NCBI GenBank assembly: GCA_004431415.1
Contig: QPMI01000017.1
Coordinates: 310,001 to 374,000, forward strand
DNA: 64,000 nt
Source: Cyanophora paradoxa CCMP329
Lineage: Eukaryota > Plantae > Glaucophyta
Direction: 5' to 3'
Shown here in pieces: positions 23,545 to 34,430 of the stretch. Position 1 is the first letter of the stretch, and every line of letters begins with the position of its first letter. The notes beneath the pieces were generated by a model. It searched no databases. It saw only the letters and a list, made by a program, of their open reading frames with translations, and was not told where the DNA came from. The translations under genes and the position numbers were made by a program.

Positions 23545-25280
23545 TCAAGATATTATTCTTAATGCACGTACACGCGAATTAAACGGGGGCTCCGGCCCCG
23601 GGGTCGGGGCCCGCGCGGGCGCGGCGCCCCGGGGTCGGGGCCCGCGCGGGCGCGGCGCCTCCGCCAGCGACGACAGGTTTAGGAGAGCGTGCGCTAGCCG
23701 AAGCCGCAGCGCTAGCCAGCCCCCCACTCTACATCTGATTGCCGACCTCGCAAATCAGATCACATTTGCTACCCTGCAAAAAGCACGGGAGTGGAATGGA
23801 AGCGTAGGCGTGATGGGAGGCGAGGGAACGGCCGGGCGGGAGGCTGGGGCGGGGCGGGCTGGGGCGGGGCGGGGCTGGGAGGATATACTCCACGGGGGCA
23901 AGGCGCCGTCATTGCAGCCGCGGGGACGGGCGGCTGGCGAAGAGACCCCGCACGGCCTCCTTCGCGGCCTCGTACCCGGCGGGATCCGGAGGCCCAGAGA
24001 TACTCAGCTCCACCTCAGGCCGGAGGCCGCGCAGCATCTGGCGCGCGGTTGGTCGGGGCCGGCGGGCCGGCGGGGCGGGGCGGGGCGGGGCCGGCTGGCA
24101 GGCACCTCGAAAGTGCGGAGGGGTACGTCGGTCTGGGAGAGTGTCCTGTAGCACTGGATGCTGAGCTCGAGGCGCTCGAGGGCCGGCAGCGCCAGGACCG
24201 CCCCCGCCCCCGCCCCTCCCGGCGTCCCGTCGATGCAGACAGAGGTGGAGGAGGGTCGTCACGGCGCGCCGCGCGCCGGCGCTGGCGAGGAGGGCGGCGA
24301 CTTGCTCGGGCCCCAAAGCGGAGGCCCCGCCCGAGCTTAAGTCCGAGTCTGCGTGTCCCGATGCGCGAGGCACGTGAGCGCGAGGCGGGGCTGGAACGAG
24401 GCCGGGAGCTCCGGCGCACCGAACAAATAGAGAAAGAGCCGGGCGAGGCGGGGCAGGCCGGAAAGGGCCGCCGCAAACCCGCGCACGGTCGCCGGGTCGC
24501 GCATGTCAAACCCGCGCACGGTCACGGGGTCGCGCACGGTCGCCGGGTCGTGGTGAGGACGCGCTCTCGCCGGCGCTGCCGAGGAACTCGATAACGGCCT
24601 CGTGTCCTTCTTGCTCTCGGTAGAGGGGTCACTGCATGTCTGACCGTGAGGGGAGGAGCGCGCGCCCGCGGGGCCCGCGCGCCGCTCGACTCACCGGTGA
24701 GGCTTATCCGGAGCGCCTCCAGGCGGGGTAGCGCAGCGAGAGCCTCCGCCAGAGCTTGCGCGCCGCTCTCGGAACCGAAAGCGAAGCGACCCCCCGCAGG
24801 GGCGGCCGAGGCGGGCGCCCGAGAGGCGGAGGCGGCCGAGGGCGAGGGCGGCGGCGGGTCCGGCCCCATCCGCTCTGATCTGCGGCGGGATCGGCGCGGG
24901 CAAGGCCGCATCGGAGACTTCGAGTCGGACGTGCAGGCCTTCGACACACTCCAGGAGCGGAATCGCTCGGCTTGATCGCTCAGCTTAACACAGCCTCTCG
25001 AGTGTCGACGTCTCCTCCGTCTGCCCCGCGGCACTCGAAGTCGCTTGCCGCTTCTGGCAGGTCTGCGTGCGGTCCTCGGTATGCGTATGGGGCAGCGAAT
25101 CTACGCACGCATCCGAACCTACAGACGCATCCGCATCAGCGCGTCGGTCGCTACAGCGCATCTGCTTCTGAAGTTGCGCGGGCCAGGCCGTGTGCCGACC
25201 GCTGTTCACTTGCTGCATGGTGGTCGGCGCTCGCAGAGCTCCACGCGGCAATCGTACCCCGCAAATGCGTCATCCCCCAT
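23545..25280 (-). CDS. Hypothetical LRR-like protein, boundaries uncertain, possibly degenerate
   Basis: ALAEALAALPRLEALRISL and FAAALSGLPRLARLFLYL repeats; internal DPxTVR tandem repeats at ~24473-24552. Confidence 0.4.
23595..23659. repeat. Perfect 31 bp tandem duplication
   Basis: gccccggggtcggggcccgcgcgggcgcggc x2. Confidence 0.9.
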
Positions 25281-25807
25281 TGGCTTCCCTCAGGTTCCCT
25301 GCCTTCAGCAGTCGCGGAGGGCTTGTAGCGCGCCCAGCACTCAGGACAAGTGTGAAGTCGCCAGAAATACGAACCGCCTCCGCAGGCGGGGCACTCGGCG
25401 ACCGGTACCGGTGCGGTTTTCCTCCCTCGGTGCGGTTTTCCTCCCCTGGAGTCCAATAGTGGTCATTCGACCAGGGAGGATGCCAGCAACGAGTCGTGCT
25501 CGTTGAAACGCGCTCTCAGCTGGTTTGACTCGCGGAGCGACCGTAGGTGCTGCTTTTTCGACTTCGACTTGCCTTCAATTGCTTATGATTGCCTTCGAAT
25601 CAGATTGCGCGTGCCAGCTTTACGTTCCCGCCCCGGACGTCGACAGCGCGCGCGCGGCCGCAGCCAGCGCTGGCGCAGGACGAGTCGGTACGCGTACGCG
25701 TATTGGACCGCGTTATTCTGCGCATTTTGTGTATTTATCTTTGTCCAGACACGCGACGCAACCGGAGCTGTCGAACCGGCGCCGGCGCCAGCTATAGCTA
25801 GATCGGA

Positions 25808-27654
25808 ATGGCGCCCACACCCAAGGAGCAGTTCGAAGCATTGATCGATTTTATCGAGAAGTTCGTGGCTCTCCGACCCGGCCCTCTCAAGCCGCCCGGC
25901 CCTCGCGAACCGCCTATGTTGTTAATGTTGTCGCATTGCATGCGCAGCTATTATGATCATGATCATGAGGACCGAGAAAACGACCACTGCCGGCGCCATG
26001 TTTTCGAGGTCGAATCCGCAGAAGCTATCGCTTCATCGACACGCGGCCTTCGAAATCGAGCCCGGAAGATTGACGAGAGCGCCCCTTTCCTTCTGAATCC
26101 AGCGATCAAGCACGGAAAGAACAGCTTCTCCATGCAAATCTTCGTCAACACGGACCCCGGAGACCCCTTGAACCCCGAGGCCTACGAACCCGCCACCGTT
26201 TATTACGTCCCAAAGAACTCGCCTTACTGCGGCAGAGAGATTTATACCGAGAAGCTACAGTCTGGTGCGCCAGAAAGATTTGATTTCGCCTTACTGCGGC
26301 AGAGAAATTTAATGTTAATTTAGCCATGATCAGTTCAACGCGTACGGTTGCTTATTTAATTTCTTTAAACTTGACCCATGGCGTCCTAGATCTAGAGCTC
26401 ATGTACGTATACATTAATGTAATATTTACACTTGCAAATGCAGGCTTCTACATCGAAACCCAGCCAGGCCGGCGATTCATCGTTGTCGCCGAGCACTGGG
26501 GTGAGGCTCTCGATGTGCGCACGTACAGCTCGGAGACAATGAAGCGGGAGAAAAAGAAAGCAGGGGCCGGAGCCCGAGTTGAGCTCCACTTCGATGTGTG
26601 CCATTTGCAGATTTCAAATTATTATTCCCTGTAGCGTTCGCGTCTCGGGCACTGATTTTTGTTTTTATTCTCAGCTCTCTCTTGAACCAAATTACTGTTA
26701 CACGGTCCCGCCCGGCGGTCGTTATGCCGTGCTCGGCTCAACAGTACTAGTGCACAATGCCCCCATTGTGCGGCCGTTCGTCTTCAGCGAAAACGAATTT
26801 GTCGAGGTCAGCAGCTCCGGGTCCACCGCTGCAGCTGGCGATGCGGCGGCCTCCAGCTCGAGCTCGTCCTCGCGATCGGCCGCGCATCCCAATGGAGCTG
26901 GCGAAATTAAGATGGAGTTTTTTACCAGGCTTGAGAAAGTTGTGAAGAAGCCAAAGCTCCAGCCGCCATCGCCGCCGCCGACGCCACCGCCGCAGCCACC
27001 TCCACCACAGCCGCAGCCTTCAACGCCCAACGTTAATTTGCAGCCTGTAGCTGCTGCTTCGCAGTCTGCGGCCGAGTCTCAGCCCGATCGTGATCAGTCA
27101 GCTGCAGCCTCATCCTCTGCGACGCCAGCAGCCCCCGTCGCGACCAGCCCGGCCATCAAGAAGGACAGCAAGCTTGCCATTTCCATCGGCGCCCTTGCGA
27201 CTGTCGACCAAGAAAACTTCTTTGTCTGCGACGACGACTACAAGCTGGAGCCCCCGGCGCCGGCGCCGTCCCCTTCGCCACCAGTCCACGCGTACGCCAG
27301 CTTGGATCCGTCCCATGGCCAGCCCAGCGGAAACACAAACGGCAAGAAGGGAAAGCAAGCGGCTGCTGCTGCAGCTGGCGTTGATCACGAGAAGAGCCAG
27401 GGCAAGAATTCGAAGTTGGGCTCAGAACAAGGACAAGATGCCATTGACAAGGAGAAGGACAAGGGCAAGTGCAAGGACAAGGAGAAGGGGAAGGAGAAGG
27501 ACAAGGACAAAGAGCCCAAGAAGCCTAAAACTCCGAAGAAGCGCCCCGAGCCTGTGATCGAGTGCCTGAGGACGGAAAAGCTGGTCACCCTGACGGTCTA
27601 CTACCGCTCGAAGCTGTGGATGGCGCTGGCCGGCCTCCGCCCCGACCTCGTCCG

Positions 27655-27685
<31 letters not shown>

Positions 27686-28401
27686 GAGGGGAGCTCGAGC
27701 CAAGGCGACGCCAACGCCGGCGCAGGCTCGAGCGGCGCTGGGGCGCAGAAGAGCAACAGCGCGCCGAAGAAGGATCCGGTCTTCGTTGGTGCGTTCCAGC
27801 CATATTAATATGTTGTTAATGCTCTTAAGCCAAAAGACCTAACATATCCCGCAGACCTGAGCTCTGACACTGAGGAGGAGGCGACGTTCCTCCCTGCGAC
27901 GTTCTGTCCCGACACCGGCATCGAGCCCGTCAACTTCAACCTGAAAATCTCCGGCTGCCCCACGGTTTGCCTCTCTTTCTGATCATGGGTGGAGCACGTG
28001 TACGGCCCTCGGCCCGCTGACCGAAGCGCAGGCGGCGGAGCTGTACAAGGCGGTGGCGGCGGCGGCGGAGGTCGGGCCGCCGCCGCGCGGCAAGCGCCAC
28101 GTCGTCTCCTTCCATGACGGCGATAAAAAGGTGCCGGCCGCCTAGGCCTAGGCCTGCATGTAGCTGCCACGTGCACCTAGAGCCGGTCACAATCGATTGC
28201 AATTGGGAGCAGGGGCCGGGCTCGAGCTCATCATCACGCGTGCGGCCCCCGCATGCGCAGGTGAAGATCCTGCCGAAGCTCTCGGACCGCTCGTACTGCA
28301 GGCTGCGGGACAAGGCGACCGAGGTCTTCATCATCCTCGAGACCGTGAACCTTGAGACCGTGATTGAGGAGGACCCCGACAGCGCACCCGAGGACACCTA
28401 G
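25808..28401 (+). CDS. Hypothetical protein, possibly DUF7918-like, in a lower-GC segment
   Basis: Spliced FYIETQPGRRF...VRPFVFS...GEIKMEFF...TLTVYYRS, Lys/Glu-rich linker and AT-rich introns. The family assignment is from memory. Confidence 0.55.
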
Positions 28402-29279
28402 ATCTAGATCTAGAGGCTACAGAGTGCTTTTCTAATGCTTTACTTTGTTGTATTGCTCGGCCGGCCGCGGGGGCTTCGCCTTCACAACTTCCGCCGCGGC
28501 CGGCGCGGCTCTTTTCATAATCAGTTGTCCCTTGGTATTTGGCCTTCCTGTCCTGATTTTTTTTGGCTTCTCAGAGTCTGCATGTCAGATACAGGTGTGG
28601 GGTGCCCCCAAATCGTTAGTGCGCATCGGGGGTGCCCCCAATATTGTTGCTAGATTCTCCAGTTGCATTTGCAATGCTTCATCGAATATTTGTATCGGTG
28701 TTGCAGTATTAATTAATTGAAGCCAGCTGCAGTTCAAGGTTATAGGCGAGCTTGAGTTAGAGTGTAGCGGGCACCGTGCTCGTTAGATCAGATATACTGC
28801 TGCGCATGCTTCAAATTTCATTCCGAAGTTCATGATCATGATCAGGAATAGCGCAGCTCAGCGGCTTTTCATGATCATGATCATTCATTTGAGTACTGAC
28901 TAGCTGCGGACGTCCGGATGACTCTAGGGTCACCTAGAGAGATCGTTCACGATTATCATTCCGCAGTGCCGCGGTGCCAGAAGTATGATGACGATATCGG
29001 ATCAAACCGGTACCGTTGAGCGGCTGATCATGAACTCTCATGATCATGAGCAGCTGCAGGCTTGGCCTTGGACCCCGTCGCGGCGCCCGGGGCCCCTACG
29101 CTTTAAATTTTTTAATTCGAAGCCGCTGCAAAATTGCGAGCCTCGTACGCAAATTTGCAAGCCTGTGCGTACATGTGATCATGATCATCGCGATCGGATT
29201 ACAAGCTTAAGCTAGTACTCGACGGACGCGCGGGGCCGGGTGGCATAGCGGGGCGGGGCCCCGGCCCGCGGCGGGGCGG

Positions 29280-32200
29280 CTAGAAGAGGCCGAGGGTCAT
29301 GCGGCCGAGGCCCTTGCCCTCCTGCCAGTACGACTCCAGGAAGTGCTCGTGCCACCGCAGGTGCGCCTGCCGGGGCCGAAGCTTAAGGTGAGAGGGGGCG
29401 GGGCCGGGGGACGGGCGGGGCGGGGCGGGGACCTTCTGCTGGGGGCTGGGGGCGGGGAGGGACTGGAGGTAGCCGGCCCAGCGGCGGTGCCAGTGGAGGC
29501 GGTTGCGGGGGTCGTCGAAGGGCGCCACCCCGCGGTCCTTCTCGTCCAGCAGCAGCGCGTCCACCGCCTGGCGGCCCGTGAGTCAGCGAAAGAGGAGACG
29601 AAAGGAGCGGGGGGCGGGCACAGCGACGGCGTCGGCGTCGATGAGGGTGACGACGCCGTCCCGCACGCTCGTCAGCCCCGCCAGCACCGCCCGCAGCCGG
29701 CACCAGCGCGCCCCCGCCACCGCCGCCCCGCTGGCCCCGGGTCGCGCCCCCACTCCGAGCCGCGGCCGCGCCGCCGCCGGCTGCAGCACCTGCGCGGAGC
29801 GGGCGAGGCTCAGATCGCTCAGACGTGATCATGGGGCGGGGGGTACGCGGACGCGGAGGAGGTCGGGCTCCGGGGCGCCGCGCTCGGTGACGCGGACGGC
29901 GCGGACGGCGTCGGCGAGCTCGGGGCCGTACTCGGCGGCCCAGCGGCCCAGCACCGCCCCGTAGAGCTCCGGCACCGAGCGCGCCTCCAGCAGCCGCTCC
30001 GCCGCCGCCCGCACCGTCTCGTGCCGCCCGTGCAGCCTGCCGAGAAGAAGAAACAGCTCAGAAGACGCGGGGGAGCTCGAGTGAGACATGAGAGGAGGCG
30101 GACGCGAGCTCGTCGGCGAAGAGGCGGAGGAAGAGGGGCGGGCGGGGCAGCTCCTTGAGGCGCGCCAGCACGGAGGCCGCCGTCTCGGGGGCGAGGCGCT
30201 TGGCCGCCAGCGCGAGGCGGCGCTCGACGAGGTCCAGCTGCTGGTCGGGGCGGAGGAGGGCGGGGACGGCGAGGGCGCGGAGGCCCCGGGTGCGCACGAG
30301 GGCCCGCGCGAGGCGGTGCGAGGCCGGCGAGGCGCCCAGCGAGACGACGAGGAGGAGGCCCCGGGGGAGGGCGGCGGGGAGCCAGCGGAGCTCCAGGAGC
30401 CGCAGATCGCATGCGGCGGCGCCGGCGCCGGCGCCGGCGCCGGCCGGCGGGCCCCGCAGCTCGTCCACGGCGTCGAGGACGAGCACGAGGAGGCCGCCCC
30501 GCGGCACCGCCCGCGCCGTGTCTGCGCCACGGCGAAACTTGTGAGCGCGACGGAAAGTAGAACTCGAAGGGCGCACCGCGGAGGAGGCGGTTGAACATGC
30601 GGACGAGGTCGCGCGCGTCGGCACCGGAGGCGGCGGCGACGCCGTCGGCGGCCACCTCGTCGGCGTGCTGCGGGGCCCGCGCCGCGAGGTCCGCCGCGAT
30701 CGCCCGCATGGCGCCCTGCGCGTCCAGCCGCAGTCCGCCGCCCCCGCCGCCCCCAAGTGGTACACCAGCGCCGCCCGCGTCGCTCCGGGGCGCGCCCCCG
30801 CTCCCGCCCACCGCCGCGCCTGCCCGCCGTTAGACGCACGCTTGCATAGAAAAGAGGTGGGGGAACAGAGGGCGCGGGCACCCAGGCGGCGAGGAGGGCG
30901 GACTTTCCGGCGCCGCGGTCCCCCGTGACCACCACGCTGGGGACCTCCTCCCCCGCCGCCTCCTCCCCGCCCCGCGCCGCTGCGCCGCCGCCCCTCAGAG
31001 GCGGCAGAGGATGGAGGGACGGAGAGCTGAGGAGGGCGCGCCGGCGGCGGCGAGGCGGTCGAGGGACGCGAAGAGGTCGCGGCGCTCGACCCAGCCGCGC
31101 ACGAGGGCGCAGCCGAGCGCCTCGGAGGCCCGCAGCGCCCGGCTCGGGCCCTCGCCGGCCCCCTCCAGCGGGAAGCAGCCGGCGACGGCGGCGCGGAAGT
31201 GCGCGAGGACCGCCTCGGCGAGCTCGCGGGGCGGGAGGCGGCCCCGCAGGAGCGGCAGCCCGCTCGCCCGCACCTCCTCCCGCAGCGCCCGCATCCGCTC
31301 CTCCGCGTACGCGCCCTCGGCCCCGCCGCCCCGCCGCGGCGGCCGTACTCCTCCTCCTCCTCCTCCTCCTCCTCGCCCTCCTCCCGGATGTAGAAGAGGG
31401 AAGTGGGGCAGGGCGGGGGCACCGCCGGCGGCTCCAGCGCCGCCGCGGCGGCCTCGGCGGGCTCCTCGGGCGTCCCGTCGAAGCGCAGGCGCCGGCGGGC
31501 GCGCCCGGCGTGCGCGGGGCCGGCGCCGCCCCGCCCCCGCCCCCGCCGCCCCGCCGCCGGCCTCCCGCTCGTGCTGGAGCCGCAGGAGCGCCCCGTACCG
31601 CATCTCCAGCTGCGCCGCCCCTCAGAAGGGACCCCGGAGACACCGAAGGGGCGGCGGGCCTCGGTGACGGAGCGGTCGGGGTACAGGGAGACGAAGGGGA
31701 ACTCCTCGGCGGCCGCGCGCACCGTCGCCGCCAGCAGCGCGTCCCGCGGGGCCCCCGGCGCCTGGTGCCAGCCGTACCGCTGCCCCAGCTGCCCGGCCCC
31801 CGCTCGGCCTAAGGACCCGGACCCGGACCCGAGGGGGTGCTTGGGGGGGGGGGGGGGGGGGGTACGGCACCATGCCGAGGAAGAAGGGGCGGCAGCGGTC
31901 GACCTCGCGGAGGCAGAGGGAGAGGGCGCGCCCCGCCCGCGACTCGTGCTCCGTGATGCCCCTGTACCCCCCAAGGCGAGGCGGGGTTGGGCGGGCCGGC
32001 GCGGGGGCGAGCGCGGACGCATATGGCGGACCAGCGGAGGTCGACGACGACGAATCCGAGGGAGCGCTGGGCGCAGGCGTGGGCGAGCGCCGGCGCCGCG
32101 ATGCGCATGAGCGCCTCGCGCTCCGGCCCAAAGTCCAGGAAGGTGCTGCTCACGAAGAGCCGCACCGTCCGCTCCCGCAGGCACGCCCCCAGGTCCGCCC

Positions 32201-32640
32201 CCGGCACCCGCCCCGCCGCCTCTGCGTGGCACGCCAATCAGGCTAAGGAAAGCCGAGCGGGGCGGGGCGGGGCGGGGCGGACCGGGGAGGGTCAGCTGGG
32301 GTGCCTCTGGCTCGCGGCGGCGGCGGTGGGCCGGCAGCGCCGGCTCGCTCACGGAGCGGTGCAGGCCGGACCCGTCCTCCGACGCGCCCCCCGCCGCCGC
32401 CTCCGGCGTCGCTGCCGCCGACGAGGCGAGGGCCGAGTAGAGGGGCGGCGAGCGCGTCCTGCGGGGCCGGGGCCGTGCCGGGGGCGCGCCGTGAGCGAGC
32501 GGACGGGCGAGGCGCGAGCGGGTGGGAAGCTTGGGAGGCGCACCCGAACGAGCTCAGGTCACGGGAGCTGGGCACGGGCGACAGCGAGAGGACGTCCAGC
32601 AGGCCCGAGACGGGGCGCCGCGGGCCCGCGGCCGCCCGCC
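29280..32640 (-). CDS. DUF4062 + NACHT/STAND NTPase (TEP1/NPHP3/NWD-like); 5' end unresolved
   Basis: VRLFVSSTFLDF.PERE, VDLRW|GIT, CLREVDRCRPFF, LGQRYGW, SVTE|LE. Walker A GDRGAGKS; Walker B LVLDAVDEL; PLFL. Confidence 0.85.
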
Positions 32641-32648
32641 GCCCGTAG

Positions 32649-33826
32649 GCCGCCCGCGCTTTACGAGCGCCACTACCGCCCCCGCGCCGGCGAGCCGGCC
32701 TGCATCCGTATCGTGGTGCGGCCCGCGCGGCCGCACGCCGCGCGCGCCCCGCCGATCGGGCGCTGCGGAAGGACCTGGACGGCTCGGAGGATGCGGGGAC
32801 GTCGCGGCGTGGGAGCGCGCCGTCCGCTGCTTCTGCGAGGACGCCGGGGTCCGGGCGCGCGGCCGCGCCCTCGTCCAGGCCCGCGCGCGCGGACGCGCAG
32901 GGCCCGCGGCCGCCCTCCTCCGCCTCTTAGGCGGGGCGGCGCAGGTGGGCCGCATCGTGGACGCGAGGGACCCGGCGCACGACGGCGGGCGCGGCTTCGG
33001 GCTCTTCTGCCGGGCGGGGAGCGGCGGGATCGCGCCCGACACGGTCCTCCTGGAGTACGCCGGGGAGGTTGTGGAGGACCGGGGGGCCCCGCCCGACCTC
33101 GAGGCGGCCGGGCCCGCCGCCCGCGCCGCCTGGCTCGCCTCCCTCCTCTCCCAGAGGCGAGCGAGCCAGCTGGCCGCCCGGGCCTGCCTGCGGGCCCGCC
33201 GGCTTAGACGGGGTGGGCGGGCGGGCAGGTTCGACCTGGGGCTGCAGGAGAGCGCGACGACGGCGTGGGAGGACGTGGAGGGCATGCTCGCCGTCCGCGC
33301 CGACCGCGCCCGGAACGAGGCCGCCGCCGCCAACGACTACCGGCCCGCCCCCCTCCCATCCGCCCCTCGCGCCCCCCGGGCCTGACGCGGAGGCGCAGGG
33401 GCGGGCCGGAGCCGCGGGCAGCGAACGTGAGCATCGTCGAGGCCTGCATCGACGGCTGGCCGCGGTGCTCTCCCCGCCCCACCGCTGTCGCGCCCCCTGA
33501 CAGGACCGCCCCAGGGCCTTCCTTGTGGCAGCGCCGCCGCCGCGGCGGGCCGACCTGCCGCGCCCACCGCGCGCGGGGCGGCGCCCCATCGCCGATGGCG
33601 AGCAGCTGCTCCTCGACTACGGCGGGGGGTACTGGCAGAGCCGCCAGGTGCGGCACGCCGGCACCGGACCCCGCCGCTGCCCCCGCACATGTGCACGCCC
33701 GCCCCTCACGCTCCCCAGGGGTGGGAGCGGGAGCTGGCTGATCTGCGTGCCGCCCTCGGCCGCGGCGACGTTCAGGGCTCCGGGGCGGAAGCGCCAGAGG
33801 AGGCGGAAGCTCCGGCGGGCGGCTAG
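32649..33826 (+). CDS. SET-domain protein; 5' end unresolved
   Basis: GFGLF...LLEYAGEV...NEAAAANDYR...NV...IADGEQLLLDYGGGYW. Confidence 0.8.
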
Positions 33827-34430
33827 GGCCTCATTCGCCTGAACCCATTCTCCAAGAATGTGCGGGTGTACCCCCCGCTGAAGCTTCATGCGGGCCCGGG
33901 GTGCCAGGCGAGAGGCGACGGAGGCCCGGCCGAGCCGGCGCGGCGCGGCCGGCGGTCGCGAGTCGCCCCGGCCGGGCACGGCGGCGCGCAGCCCGGCGCC
34001 GCGGCGGGATCCCGGAGCCTTCGAAGGCGCGCTGCTAGAGAGCGCCGGCCTCAGCTCGACGCCGAGGGCCGGGACCTGTAGTGCGGCTCTCAAGCCGTCC
34101 CGCACCCAGGTCTAGATTGATCTAAATCTCCAGAGAGTGGCGCTGCGCCCTGGACTCTCAGGAACTACGCCCTTCCGTCACCGCGTCGGCACCGAGCCGC
34201 TTCGAAACTCTCAAGACAGCACATGTACTTGAATAAATTCAATCGAAGCTCTAACATTGTAAAGAATTTAAAGAATCCACAAAGACTAAAAACGAGCTGC
34301 AGGGAGATCCGGAGGCCTATAGGCCCGGGAAGGGGCCTGGGCCTGGGCCTGCAAGCGAAGCGAGGGCCCGGAAGCCTTGAAGAGGCCTCCAGGCTCCAGC
34401 TCCGGTTCGGATCTTTTGCGCCCCGGCCCC

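Noticed and set aside
24473-24552. Repeat-spacer array (CRISPR-like)
   Set aside because: Irregular short in-frame tandem duplications in a eukaryotic gene, with no unique spacers or cas genes.
29180-29220. Helitron 3' end (CTAG followed by T)
   Set aside because: No convincing GC-rich subterminal hairpin, and CTAG is common in these palindrome-rich spacers.
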